The notes under the pieces were generated by a model. It worked only from the letters and a program-made list of their open reading frames with translations. It had not been told where the DNA came from and did no database searches. From Schizochytrium sp. TIO01 (lineage: Eukaryota > Protista > Bigyra: Labyrinthulomycetes), in contig SMSO01000031.1 in NCBI GenBank assembly GCA_004764695.1, positions 3,572,436-3,636,435 of the forward strand: a stretch of 64,000 nucleotides of DNA, given 5' to 3'. Position numbers and translations under genes: made by a program. Shown here piece after piece: positions 36,071 through 47,128 of this stretch (position 1 is the stretch's first letter; every line of letters starts with the position of its first letter).

Positions 36071-37195
36071 ATGTCGCAGACTCTCGAGACCGGAGAGGCT
36101 GAGCTCCAGACTGCCCTCGTGCAGTACCTTTTGCAAAAGGCATCTAGCGCTTCCGACGCTGCAGCTGCACAGGCTGTTGCTGAGGATGTCGCTGCAAAGA
36201 TTTTTGGTGGCGCTCGTACTGATGAGAACCAGATTGACCTTTTGAAGGTCTTCAAGGCAGGTTGCGAAAAGCTCGATATCGCTCTTAAAACTCCGGCCTC
36301 GAGCTCTCAAGATGTTGACCCTGCTCTTGAAGCTTCTCCTAAATTCCAGAAGTACCTCACTCGCGTCAAAGAAAAGGGATTCTTCGCCGGCGTTGAAGAA
36401 GGCTCTGCGGAGTACAACGATAAATATAAGCGTCTTGTGGCCAAGTACGTTGAAAAGTTTGGATCCGATGCATCGCCTGCTGCTCCTGCTGCCCCTGCTG
36501 CTGCAGCCGAAGACAACAGCGACGAAATTGAGGCTGACAAGCTCAAGGAACAGGGCAACCAGTTTCTCAAGGATAAGGAGTACGAGCAAGCTGTTGTGGC
36601 TTACTCTAAGGCCATTGATTTGTGTCCTGCTGGCAAGAACACATATGTGTACTATGCCAACCGTGCTGCTGCCTATGTGTACCTCAAAAACTACGAGAGC
36701 TGCCTCGAGGACTGCAATGTCTCCATTACCCTAAACCCTGGCTACGCAAAAGCACACGCTCGTGCGTCTACTGCTGCCCTTGCACTTGGTCGCCACGAGG
36801 AGGCTCGTAAGGCCGCGAAGCGTGCTCAGGAGCTTGAGCCTGGTAACGCTGCTGCTCAAAAGACGCTGGACACCCTTTCGAAGGGCACTGTTGATGCTGC
36901 ATCTAGCGGTGCCGGAGCTGGAGGCATGCCAGATATGTCGAGCTTCGCCAACATGATGCGTGGCATGGACCCTTCTGCACTTGACCAGATGCGCCAGATG
37001 GGCCAGGATGCTGGCTTCACACCCGGCGGTGGCATGCCCGACATTGGCAGCCTCATGAGCAACCCTGGTCTCATGCAAGCAGCCCAGCAAATGATGTCCC
37101 AGAACCCGCAGATGATGCAAATGGCCCAGCAGATGATGCAGGACCCTGATGCTATGTCCAACATGATGAAGATGATGGGCAACTTTGGCAAGTAA
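36071..37195 (+). CDS. SGTA: Small glutamine-rich TPR co-chaperone (SGTA/Sgt2-like)
   Basis: First ATG at 36071. Three TPRs with carboxylate-clamp residues (LKEQGN, YYANRAAAY, YAKAHAR); Met/Gln/Gly-rich STI1-like C-terminus (LMSNPGLMQAAQQMMSQNP); strong codon bias. Confidence 0.85.
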   Translation: MSQTLETGEAELQTALVQYLLQKASSASDAAAAQAVAEDVAAKIFGGARTDENQIDLLKVFKAGCEKLDIALKTPASSSQDVDPALEASPKFQKYLTRVKEKGFFAGVEEGSAEYNDKYKRLVAKYVEKFGSDASPAAPAAPAAAAEDNSDEIEADKLKEQGNQFLKDKEYEQAVVAYSKAIDLCPAGKNTYVYYANRAAAYVYLKNYESCLEDCNVSITLNPGYAKAHARASTAALALGRHEEARKAAKRAQELEPGNAAAQKTLDTLSKGTVDAASSGAGAGGMPDMSSFANMMRGMDPSALDQMRQMGQDAGFTPGGGMPDIGSLMSNPGLMQAAQQMMSQNPQMMQMAQQMMQDPDAMSNMMKMMGNFGK

Positions 37196-37782
37196 ATAAC
37201 CTACTCAAAAGAGAGAATGTAATAGCCTTTGTCAAAAATAGATTTTGTACAGCTTCATCGCTAAAGACTTTTCATTTCTCAATTCTCTTCTCTATTTGCT
37301 TTATTCTCGCTCAAACGTGCATGTGTAGAGTTTACCGTGCTGACGTACATTGAAGCTTTTACATGGGTGACTCAAACATACAGATAGGGCCCAGTTCGTC
37401 GCCTCAAGACGTCCCAAGAATTTCCTTCCTCCAACCTATTAGGTAACGCTATACCTTCCAACCAAAATGCTACTCCTACTAATTGCAAAGCAAAAGATTT
37501 ATCATAGCTTGTGATCATCAAAATGACATAACTTATTTCGTATTACGCAGGATTTGTTGCTCTTTTACCACTAAATGCTGAGTACTAAAACCCATAAAAG
37601 GACTCTGTAATAAAAAAGAAATCAACTTTTTTAATACGAGAGAGAGGAGACTTTAAAAAATAAAAATAAATAAAAGAATAAAGCTGCTACTCATACCTTA
37701 TTATAGGTAGTAGAAGAATAATAAATGAGAAGGACCCTTCTTTCAATTGAAAAGGTAAGCAATCAGGCATCTCAGCACCACG

Positions 37783-40587
37783 ATGGACGGCCTTGTCTGG
37801 GTGCTGGTGCTGCTTATCTGGCAGTTCTATGGGTCAGTAGTGCAGGCGTCGCGTACGCCACATGTACTCTTCGTTTCTGTTCCCGTTTACCGCCACGCGG
37901 ATCCTTTAGTGTAAGTAGTTTAAAGTAATCCCTCCGTAGAGTTTCCTGGCTCGCCAAAGACTGCACCGACAACTCAAGCTTGGCGCAGAAGTAACCTGGC
38001 AGCAACGTTGCAATTCTGGGGTTATGAAGGAGTGGCACAAGAAAAGATTATTGATGGTGTTAATGGTGCATTTGAGGTTACATCTAGACAGCTTGGCATT
38101 CTCACACAAGCGAGTGAAGCATGACATGGGCCACGAAAACCTGGTACTGTAATGCACTGCTCTTGCAAAATCCAAACAGCGGCCATGCATGGTGCAACTG
38201 GCTTTGTAAACACTTTGGCTAAAATCATGGCCAGCAGCCTCAGCCTGCATGCACTTCAGGAAACACGTTATAAAGTCAGATCAAGCATGCCTCGGAGTCG
38301 CCCTCAAACCACAGCACATTACATCACGTCAGATCAGTGTACGATGCATACACAAACGTGGACAAGCTGTGCCAGTTTAGGCAATACAGGATCAATACAA
38401 AAATCTTTGCCATCAATAGTCGTTGATGGATTCATGATCTAGAACAAAGTTCGACTAACCAATAGTTTGTTGATTCCTAACGGCTTACTGCATCTCAATA
38501 TTGGATGTACGAAAGTATTTTCTTTGGGAATTGTTTATGAATAGGGCGCATATAGAGAGATAGCTAGCCAATATGCAACGCAGTATGGAGTCCCTGTTCG
38601 CTTCGCAGTTCCGTCATGGTTTGCGCCCAATCTGTTTGCGGGTATGCGACAGGAATTATTGAAACTTCTTGACGTGGCTCTTCTGGACCATATTCCAGAT
38701 CCGAGGCCTTTAAGCGAAGTCAAAACTCCAGATGATTTAGATTGTGACAGTACAATGTCACTAGCTATTGAGTCTTGCACGATTCACAATTATGCATGTA
38801 ATTTAAGAGACAGTTCTGGTCTTTCTAACACATCAAGAGGAGATCTACGGAGGCTCTTTGAGAAGTCCATGACTGATGCCCTCCTGCGTTTATACGGTTT
38901 CAAACCAATGAAGCCGAGGGATGTGGGGGATAAATTAGAGTTTAGACGTGACTCTGGTCCACATCACCATGATTTGCCAGCACTCATAGTTGTCGATCGA
39001 TACACATTGGCGGGGTTCAATTTTGCTCATTTCACCAAGACTCCATTTGTCCTTCATAACCCATGGACATTGTTAGACATCGATGAGCCTCCGCCATTTG
39101 TCAGAAGCCCTGGCGCTGGACCTAGTGCAGGAAACCTTCATATTCTATCACGCTTACGTAATTTTTGGCATCGTCTGAAAGGAAGAATTCAAGATGCCAG
39201 ATATGCCCAGGAAAGCTATAGCGAGGTTCGCGAAAGTCTTAACTTAGGAAGCCTTGATGTGCCAGGCGGTTACTGTGAAGAACGCCTTGTCTTAAGTGAC
39301 ACAGTGCTCGGGTGGCTCGATGAGCCTCGGCCAATGCCTCCATTGCAGCAGCTGATTGGTGCGGTGTTACCTCCACGCTCCCGAATATCCTCATTTCCAG
39401 CTTCTTCAAACTTTGGGAATGGGCGTCCTGAATTCAATCAGTCGCCTAGGCATTCCCAACAAAATCAATTTTTGTTGTTGCAAGGAACCTACCCTCAAGA
39501 AGACTTAGAGGTGATATTCCGGGCCAGCGCTGATCTCAATATGACTGTGATTCAACTTGGGGAAAGATGCCTTAACTACAATCTACTCTCACGTTTTTGC
39601 GATTATTATGCTCGACATCAGCATTCTGACGTCCAGGCTCAAAGAACTGATCTAGGGGAGGAGGACATTCACGCTGAACAGATTGTTTTGCTTGCTAATG
39701 GAGATATGTCATGTGTTCATTTAGCGGGTGTGTGCAATAATATCAAGAGACTTCTGGTCTACCCCATCCTTCCTGAGCAGCATGAAGTTGCTGCTCATGG
39801 TTACAATAGTGGAATTGTGTCTTGGATTTTTCAAGGCCCTTTGAAGCTTCGGGATGTTAAAAAAGCGTTTCGAACAACGCGGAAAGATGTACAGCAAGAT
39901 CACCAACTTCGATTATTCGGTTATTCTTTACGTGTTGCCGGCGGCACGAAGCGTGCATCGTTATGGATATCTCGAGCCCTGGATTTTGAGTTGTCTCATT
40001 TTCTGCCTTTAGATTGCGGCCTGCCCTGGCATCAGAATCTTTTCATTGATGTCTACGCGCTGTACTTTTGCGGCTTGCTGGCTTCAGTAGTGGTCCTAAA
40101 AATTATATGGGGAATGGCTGCTGGGGCAGTTGACCCACTTTCTGAACAGGATGCAGATGGTTCATCAATTTTTAAGTTTGACGATGGCCCTTTAAAGCTT
40201 TTGAGTGATCGCGAGGCCCAAGAAAATTTATTAGATAGCGACAATTCACCAAGTATAGCGTCAAAATCTAGAAGCGCAATGCCAAGTGGTCGATCCGCAT
40301 CGAATAGTAGTTTACAGAGGCGTCGTGGCCGTACAAGTGATCGTCAACAATCAGCCAATGGTGAACCAGAGACATTTTCAGGCCGTTTGCAACATGCCCA
40401 GGACAATAAAAGATCCACGTGCAGTATCCCATCAGATTCCTTTTCTTCCACTGTTGCCTCAAAAGGTAATGAAGTAGATTGCTTCAGTACCTCAATGGAG
40501 ACCCCACAAGGGGTTGAGCAAGGACAGTCAAGGCCAGGCACGCAGAGAAAGAAAAAGTTATTTTCCTACGAGAGGGTAGTTGCTTGA
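37783..40587 (+). CDS. UDP-glycosyltransferase (GT1/UGT-like) type I membrane protein; two exons, join(37783..37910,38556..40587), ~719 aa
   Basis: Exon 1 gives a signal peptide plus HVLFVSVPVYRHADPL. Splicing gives HADPLVEIASQYATQYGVPVRFAVP, a typical GT1 N-terminus. Downstream are LIVVD, RLRNF, LDEPRPMPP...IGAV and the UGT C-terminal W...HF...LPWHQ...IDV followed by a TM helix. Confidence 0.8.
37911..38555 (+). other. Spliceosomal intron (645 nt, phase 2) of the UGT-like gene
   Basis: GTAAGT donor at 37911; TAG acceptor ending 38555 restores the frame; candidate branch word GACTAAC at 38453-38459. Confidence 0.7.
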
Positions 40588-41133
40588 ATATTAAAGTAGC
40601 CGTCATGTTCAGTCCTTGATTAAAAAGAAAAATCTGCTGTCAACAAAAGTTCTTCTTTGTCTTCTGAAATATTAACAAAATGATAGAGGAAAGGTCATCT
40701 GAATAAGAAAACTTTGCATGCACAATTTTAATTCTTAGGGGAAAAAAAAATCAGTAATCCGCTTGCTTGTTTTGCTCCTCACTAGCTACAATAAAGCTCA
40801 TTTGTGCGAATATCTATGTTTGTCTCCTCTGCAGACATTTAGTGCACAAAGGAGGATTGTAAAAAAAATACAGATCACATCATGAACAAGGTTGTGTGAA
40901 ACTGAAAAGATACCACAGATACAACCGAGCAAGTAGAACAGCTCGAGAAACGGTGCGCTCCCCTATATATTCGAAGAGTCAATATAGACGTAAGGATCAG
41001 CAACGCTTGAATGTTATGTGCCATATAGACGAATCAGAAAGAGAATAAAAGGAAAATCCAACTTGGTCTGTAAAGGTTGGCGAGCCCCCATTTTTCAGAG
41101 CAATCAATATTAAAGTAAGAAACACTGTGCGCT

Positions 41134-42411
41134 TTAGTAGGCCTCCCAAATGACGGTTCCATCGCACGTACAGACCTTTTTATGGTTAGATCCAACCACT
41201 GCGCTTCTTGCGACAACGCAGGCCGCGAGCGGTGTCCAGTCCTCGTCATCAGCATGAACCACCATGCCCCGACCAATAGCCTCCCAAACCTGGAGTCCGT
41301 ATACAGCTTTGTTCATCTCAAGGTTGCCCTTGGAATCAGCAATGCCAGAATAAAGAAATCCGATAGTTCCCTTCGCGGCATCTCGTGTGGTCGGCGCTTC
41401 TGCAGAGCTCAGAGCGCTGCCTTGGAAAACGCCACCCTGGCGACCAGGGCGAATATCACCATAGGAGTGAATAGCAATAGAGTAGGATTTTCCAGGCTCA
41501 AGTTTTCCAAGAGAAAGCTGCAACGCAGCAGTAGTGTTGGTCAGTTGAATGATCCGAACGACACCCAGAACGGGTCCGTGTCCAAAGTCCTGACCTCGGA
41601 ATTCGCCAATAACTGAGACGCTCTCTTCATAAGAGCCAACGTTTTCAGGCACAATAAGCGTCGCCTCGTCTGCTGCGCTAGAACCAATGATACGTGCCTC
41701 CTTTCCAGTCGTTTCGACCGCAGCAAGGACTTCCTTTGCTGCAGCAGGTGCTCTAACGACAACGAGCTCTGCGGGAACATCGATCTTCACGACTTCCCAG
41801 GAGTTCTTCTCAAGAGCCTTCCGCACAGATTTAGCGCAGCCTTCACAAGACATTTTCACAAACATTTCATAAGTGATCTCACCGCCCTCGATGGCGACGT
41901 TTTCTTGAACGTTCGGGTCCATGTTAACTTTCGAGTCCATGGCCGATGCCCCATTTTGACTCGTCACATCCGCCATTCTGACCTCCTTTGTGTCGTCTCC
42001 TTCAGCCAGTGTTCCTCCAGCACACACAGCCACTGTCGCAGGCACTAAAGCAGCCCACGCAACCAGAGATAGTCTCCACGGGGTCTCCGCGTTTCGATCG
42101 CAGTTCCAGATCTGTTGCAGCTGAGGCCGTCGCTGTCCGCCGGCCTTTCCGCCTGTTGCTCCCGAAGCGGCGTGTTCTGAGTAGTATAACTCACTTGTGC
42201 CTCGCTTTGTTGTACTGTATGTGACCTTTGCTCTACTGTAGGTCTCTCCACTTTCAACTGTACGTGCCGCTCTTTTAAAAGCTCTTCTAGTGGACCCGGC
42301 TCCAAGTGTTCTTAACGTTCTATAGGTTCCCGGTGCCGTCATCAGCCGCGACGAGCTCAGGCCGCTGCTTGAGACGCTGCCGAGGCTGCGAAGGAGGGCA
42401 GAGGAGGGCAT
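41134..42411 (-). CDS. CCS: Copper chaperone for superoxide dismutase, with a long N-terminal targeting-like extension
   Basis: HMA motif MSCEGC; SOD-like domain II (IHSYGD, IGRGMVV) without the SOD metal His set; C-terminal ARSA...KKVCTCDG...IWE. Confidence 0.9.
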   Translation of the reverse strand: MPSSALLRSLGSVSSSGLSSSRLMTAPGTYRTLRTLGAGSTRRAFKRAARTVESGETYSRAKVTYSTTKRGTSELYYSEHAASGATGGKAGGQRRPQLQQIWNCDRNAETPWRLSLVAWAALVPATVAVCAGGTLAEGDDTKEVRMADVTSQNGASAMDSKVNMDPNVQENVAIEGGEITYEMFVKMSCEGCAKSVRKALEKNSWEVVKIDVPAELVVVRAPAAAKEVLAAVETTGKEARIIGSSAADEATLIVPENVGSYEESVSVIGEFRGQDFGHGPVLGVVRIIQLTNTTAALQLSLGKLEPGKSYSIAIHSYGDIRPGRQGGVFQGSALSSAEAPTTRDAAKGTIGFLYSGIADSKGNLEMNKAVYGLQVWEAIGRGMVVHADDEDWTPLAACVVARSAVVGSNHKKVCTCDGTVIWEAY

Positions 42412-42859
42412 GGGGGCGGCCTGGAGGGAAGGAGGGGCGGAAGGCGGTTACTGTATGAAGCTTGACCAAGGACTGCCTCCCTGAGGGCGCGGTGGAGGCG
42501 CGGTAGTGCGAGGAATGAATGTCGTCGATTTGGTTTTTGTCCGCGCGAAAAAAAGTTATTTAAAATAAAAAATAGAAAAAGAAAAGAAAGAAAAGAAGTT
42601 TTTTTACTATTTTTGAACTCGGAAAGATCGTGGTCAATGACGAATGTGAGAGGAGCGAGTGAGTAGTTAGTAGTAGCCAACTGTTAATGGGTGGCGCCTT
42701 CTAAAAAAAGTTAAGAGCTCTGAGAAGACGTAGGAATTTGGATGCATTTGGAAGCACACAGAAGTACTTGGGAAAGTTGCTCATGAACGGCAACGAAGTA
42801 GGGAGGTTTGACTCTTCGAATTTGAGGAGCAGAGGCAGCCGTAGAACTTGGTTTTGAGC

Positions 42860-42927
42860 GATATGTTGGAGAGGATTTCAAAGCTTCATTTTTCAGTGAT
42901 ATATTGGAGAGGATTTCAAAGCTTCAT
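42860..42927. repeat. Two-copy direct repeat (TTGGAGAGGATTTCAAAGCTTCAT core), period 38 bp
   Basis: Seen directly, upstream of CCS. Confidence 0.85.
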
Positions 42928-43857
42928 GCTAATCCTGGGATATCATGCTTGAAAGGCGCTAAGTTGGCGAACCCAGTGGATTATAATTTTGGCGGTTCTG
43001 GTCTTACAGATTGAAAGGTTTAGAGATAACTTGATATTGTTTCAACTTCATTGGTCTCATTCGGCTGTGCAATCGTTTCAAGGTCACATGATTAGTTATG
43101 AGTTTGCGTGGTGACTTTCCCCTCTTTCCAATACTTGAGTATTGAAAGGACTTTGGGCCATTTTCTCTAAGTATTAGTCTCCTATTCAAAGCACACAAAC
43201 TTCCTGGCACAGTGACACATCGGTAAGAGGTATGTTTCGACACAGACTAACAATACGCGAGTTTTAAGCTTTTGTTCTTCGAAATGAGGAAGGTGAACAC
43301 CTAATTAATGAAGAGTGGATTTTTAATCCACGAGAGTACGAATGATAACGACATACAAATTAAGGGTTGATCAACATTTTCTCAACATGAGATGGATGGC
43401 AAGCAAACTAAGTAGAAAGACAAGATAAGAGTAACATAAGTAGCACATAAAATTTGCCAGATTAGATGCTCTCTGCATACACAGCGGGGAAGCGCAGTGA
43501 GAGAGCACTATTTTCTAGGTATGTCAATGGTGTAATTAATTCCTCAAGACTAAACTAGATGGTGAGACATTTTGTTCGCTAGTTAAGCTCGGTCCCAGAG
43601 ACTTTTGGCTGCGGCTTCGACAAGAGAGATAGAAAAAGAACCAAGCAGGCAAAATTAAGTTTTCATACTCCGCCTTCTTCCTCCTCCCATTAGCTCTCAG
43701 CTCATGAGTCCCACCCAGTTCAGTCAGCCTATTAATATATCTATTATCTTATTTTCGATCACATGCTCACAGGCGCGATTACTCCAAATCATGGCGATCT
43801 TGGTCATTGTCACAATCGAAAGCATACACAATCTTTGATTGATCTAGACATTTTCCC

Positions 43858-45186
43858 TTAAGGGTTTGCCTGCTCGTTCATCTCACGGGAGATCTCTTGC
43901 ACGGCCTTGATGAAGGCGTGAGCGTGCTCAGGATCATGGTCCGGAAGCATGCCATGGCCGAGGTTAGCAATGTAGCGCTGGGTACCGAAGCCCTGGAGCA
44001 TCTCGCGAACAAGCTCCTTGATGTGTTCGGGGGAGGCGTAAAGCGCACAGGGGTCAAAGTTACCCTGGAGAGAAGCCTTAGAAATGTCGACACGACGGCG
44101 GGCCACCGCAGGGCTGATGTTCCAGTCAAGGCTCAAGGTATCGTAGTCAGAGTCAGCAAGCATCTCGAGCGATCCTTCATGGCGTACGTTACGTCCAAAA
44201 ACGGTCATCGGGACGACAGGGAGACCCTGGCGCTTGAGCTCAGCCTTGACCTTGGTGGCAATCTCACATAGGTACGGGTGAGAGAATTCCTTGTAGAGCT
44301 CTGGGGTGAGCTCACCGCCAGAGCTCTCGAACACCTCCAGGAGCTGAGCACCAGCACGCACTTTACCAACAAGGTATTCGATGATGATGTCAGTGAGGCC
44401 CTGGAGCAGACGCTTGGATGCCTCCGGGTGGTTGTATAGCCAAGACCGTACCTTGCTGAAGGTCTTGCTGCCACCTCCCTCAATCATGTAGCCCATAAGT
44501 GTGAACGGGGCACCAGAAAATCCAATCACCGGTACTCTAGCATTAACACGCTGGCGTGTAAGGTTGACCACATCATAGACGTATCCAAGAGTCTTCTCCA
44601 TGTCTGGTTTAAAGTTGAGTCTCTCAAGATCCTCGGGTGTCTTGAGTCTGTCAGGGAACACTGGTCCGCGTCCAGCCACCATCTGGACCTCCATACCCAT
44701 AGCCTGCGGAACTACGAGAATGTCAGAAAACACAATCACAGCATCAAGCGTCGGGAACCTCTCAAGCGGCTGCAAAGTGACCTCCGTGGCAAGCTCGGGG
44801 TCCTGACACATGGTGAAGAAGTCCGCCGTCTTGCGCAATTCACGAAACTCAGGCAGGTAGCGACCAGCTTGGCGGTGCATCCAAACAGGAACACGCTCAG
44901 TACGCTCTCCGCGAGCAGCTCTCAAAATCAGGTCGTTCTCAGCATCACGGAACTGGTCGAGTGGCACGCGCTTCACGCGTTGTCTAGAAGCAGCCATTTC
45001 GCCACGAGCATCGGGTTTGAGGCGGCCTTCAGTCTTGGCATTCTTGGGAGCGTTTCCGAATTCCGCAAGATCCATTCCAGAGTTACGAGCAGCAGCAATC
45101 ATCACGCCAGCGCCCATGGCGGCACCTGCGCACAGTGCTCCCGCGAGAGAGGTCCATGAGGCGGAAAGGTCATGGCCGGAGCTCAT
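43858..45186 (-). CDS. UROD: Uroporphyrinogen decarboxylase
   Basis: PVWMHRQAGRYLPE, FSDIL, IGFSGAPFTL.GYMIEG, LQGNFDP, IANLGHG; ~75-aa N-terminal extension. Confidence 0.97.
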   Translation of the reverse strand: MSSGHDLSASWTSLAGALCAGAAMGAGVMIAAARNSGMDLAEFGNAPKNAKTEGRLKPDARGEMAASRQRVKRVPLDQFRDAENDLILRAARGERTERVPVWMHRQAGRYLPEFRELRKTADFFTMCQDPELATEVTLQPLERFPTLDAVIVFSDILVVPQAMGMEVQMVAGRGPVFPDRLKTPEDLERLNFKPDMEKTLGYVYDVVNLTRQRVNARVPVIGFSGAPFTLMGYMIEGGGSKTFSKVRSWLYNHPEASKRLLQGLTDIIIEYLVGKVRAGAQLLEVFESSGGELTPELYKEFSHPYLCEIATKVKAELKRQGLPVVPMTVFGRNVRHEGSLEMLADSDYDTLSLDWNISPAVARRRVDISKASLQGNFDPCALYASPEHIKELVREMLQGFGTQRYIANLGHGMLPDHDPEHAHAFIKAVQEISREMNEQANP

Positions 45187-45851
45187 GATTAATCAAACGA
45201 GCCGACGACGGGCGACCGCGACCGTGGATAAGAAATTGAACGAAGGAAGGTTGTGCGAAGGAAGAGGAGGAGAATGCAGCGCGAAACAGGCTAGCAAACG
45301 CAGAGGGTGACGAACAAGATCTCGCTTTGTTTTGATGGAGCCGCGAGAGACTATGTGGGAAAGCCCTGGCGCCTGGACGTGATTATAAGTCTTTTAATGT
45401 AATATATAAGTCTCTTTTAAATGGACCACCATAATTAAAGTTACCAGTAGTAAGTAATACTGCTGCTACCCTCCATTATTCGTGTTTCATTGCTTTGGCT
45501 TCAAGATTTTACCTCATTGAGAATAGCGAAGGTTTGACTAGAAGACACTTTGAGTAAATTTGCCATCCTTTATGAGGCGGCTTGGCAAAGCTGGCAGGAT
45601 GCAGCATACTAGCCTAATTTTATGCATTATCCAAATCAAAAGAACTTGAAGTTCTCCTTACTTATTAAATGTTCCTGTTTGTTATAGGTAGATAGAAAGA
45701 ATAAATAAGGAAAGTTGAGAACTTAACCATCAGTCAATGGCGAGACGATGAACACTGGGTGCCAAGCAAACCCAGAAAAGGTCGCCCAGCCTGATAACCT
45801 GTGTTTGGAGAGGACAGGGACTAGTTTCCGATTTGTCAAATATTTTCGAGA

Positions 45852-46697
45852 ATGGCACCTGCTCAGGCAGACTCGAGTGTGAATGCTCTGGCTAAGGATC
45901 TTGCCGCCAAGGTGAGTTTGAAAGCAGCTCCTGCTGCTGCTCCTGCTGCGAGCAAGCCAGTGCCTGGTAAGAAACCCTTGACAGCGAAGGAGCTTAAAAA
46001 GGCTGCCAAGAAGGCTGCTAAAAAAGAAGAACGATCTCGACTTGCCAATGAGAGCCGGCAGATTACGACTACTCTCAACGCAGCTCGCTTCGAAGACGAT
46101 CAAACTACCCCCCGCAATCACTTGGCTAGCTTCGCTGCTTTTGCCAACTTCAAACGAGATGGCCTCGAAGCCGAGCTGCATTTCTACGCTCGTGACACTA
46201 AGGAGGGCGTGCCTTCATCTATCATGGAGCAGTGTTTTAAGATGACTGAGGCAAACATGGCGGCATCTTATGAGGAATGTGGCTGGGGTTGGAACCCCCT
46301 GAAGAAACAACGCGAACTGGAAAGCGAGGAAGCACGCCTTTTGGTTGCTCTTGACAAGGGCCAAGAAGACAAAGTGTTGGGATTTCTGCACTACCGATTT
46401 GAACGCGAGGAGGATCAGCTCGTGTTGTACGTCTATGAGGTCCAGGTTGATCAGGTTGCATGTGCACGTAAGGGTTTGGGCCGCCACCTTATGCTTCTCA
46501 GTGAGCTTATGGCCCGTCGTACTGGCATGGACTGGATCTGCCTCACCGTAATCAACTGCAACGAGGCAGCAGTGAAGTTTTACGACAAACTTGGCTTCAA
46601 GATTGATGCAACCTCTCCTCAATACGACCAAATGGACGGTGAAGAGGACCCGCCTTACACTATTCTGTCAAAGCGCTGCAAGAAGCCAGAGGCTTAA
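45852..46697 (+). CDS. NAA40: N-alpha-acetyltransferase 40 (NatD, histone H4/H2A N-terminal acetyltransferase)
   Basis: NM...YE..GWGW...K..E, GFLHYRF, LYVYEVQV, RKGLG..LM, LTV...N..A..FY.KLGF.ID.TSP: a GNAT fold with NAA40-type motifs. Confidence 0.85.
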   Translation: MAPAQADSSVNALAKDLAAKVSLKAAPAAAPAASKPVPGKKPLTAKELKKAAKKAAKKEERSRLANESRQITTTLNAARFEDDQTTPRNHLASFAAFANFKRDGLEAELHFYARDTKEGVPSSIMEQCFKMTEANMAASYEECGWGWNPLKKQRELESEEARLLVALDKGQEDKVLGFLHYRFEREEDQLVLYVYEVQVDQVACARKGLGRHLMLLSELMARRTGMDWICLTVINCNEAAVKFYDKLGFKIDATSPQYDQMDGEEDPPYTILSKRCKKPEA

Positions 46698-47128
46698 CCT
46701 GGCTTGAGGGTAGATCAAGCCTACCACTTTGACGCAGCCCACTCTATATTGTTCTATTTAGTTTCTTATCGACAACCAAACATAAAATCAAGTTTCATTC
46801 TAGCAAATGCCCAAACCATGCCATTTGCGTAGGTTTGATATTGAATATACCGAGTCTCTTCAGAATCTGTCTTTTTTTTTTGTTTTGTTTTTTAATTGTA
46901 AGCAATTAATATTGTCCCGTGCGAGACTTTCTTGAATGATTTTCTTTTTTAGAAAATAAAAAAGTATAATGTGAAATGACAATGTTGTTATAAATATGAG
47001 CTTGCAGACTTTGGTCTTTGTGTCTAAAAATGTAACATTTGCGGAAGAGACACTATTGTTTTTCACTCTTGAATAGAGAAAGCACATTTACAGCCAAAGG
47101 CCATGTCATGTAGTTTTGACAAAGAATT

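Noticed and set aside
35951-37191. Long antisense ORFs over SGTA (also over UROD, CTH, CCS and NAA40)
   Set aside because: Expected shadows of codon-biased genes.
38644-40587. ATG at 38644 as the start of the UGT-like gene
   Set aside because: It would lack the signal peptide and catalytic His that the upstream exon supplies.
23043-42927. Direct repeats at 23043 and 42860 as CRISPR-like arrays
   Set aside because: Only two copies each, no spacer series, no cas genes, eukaryotic context.
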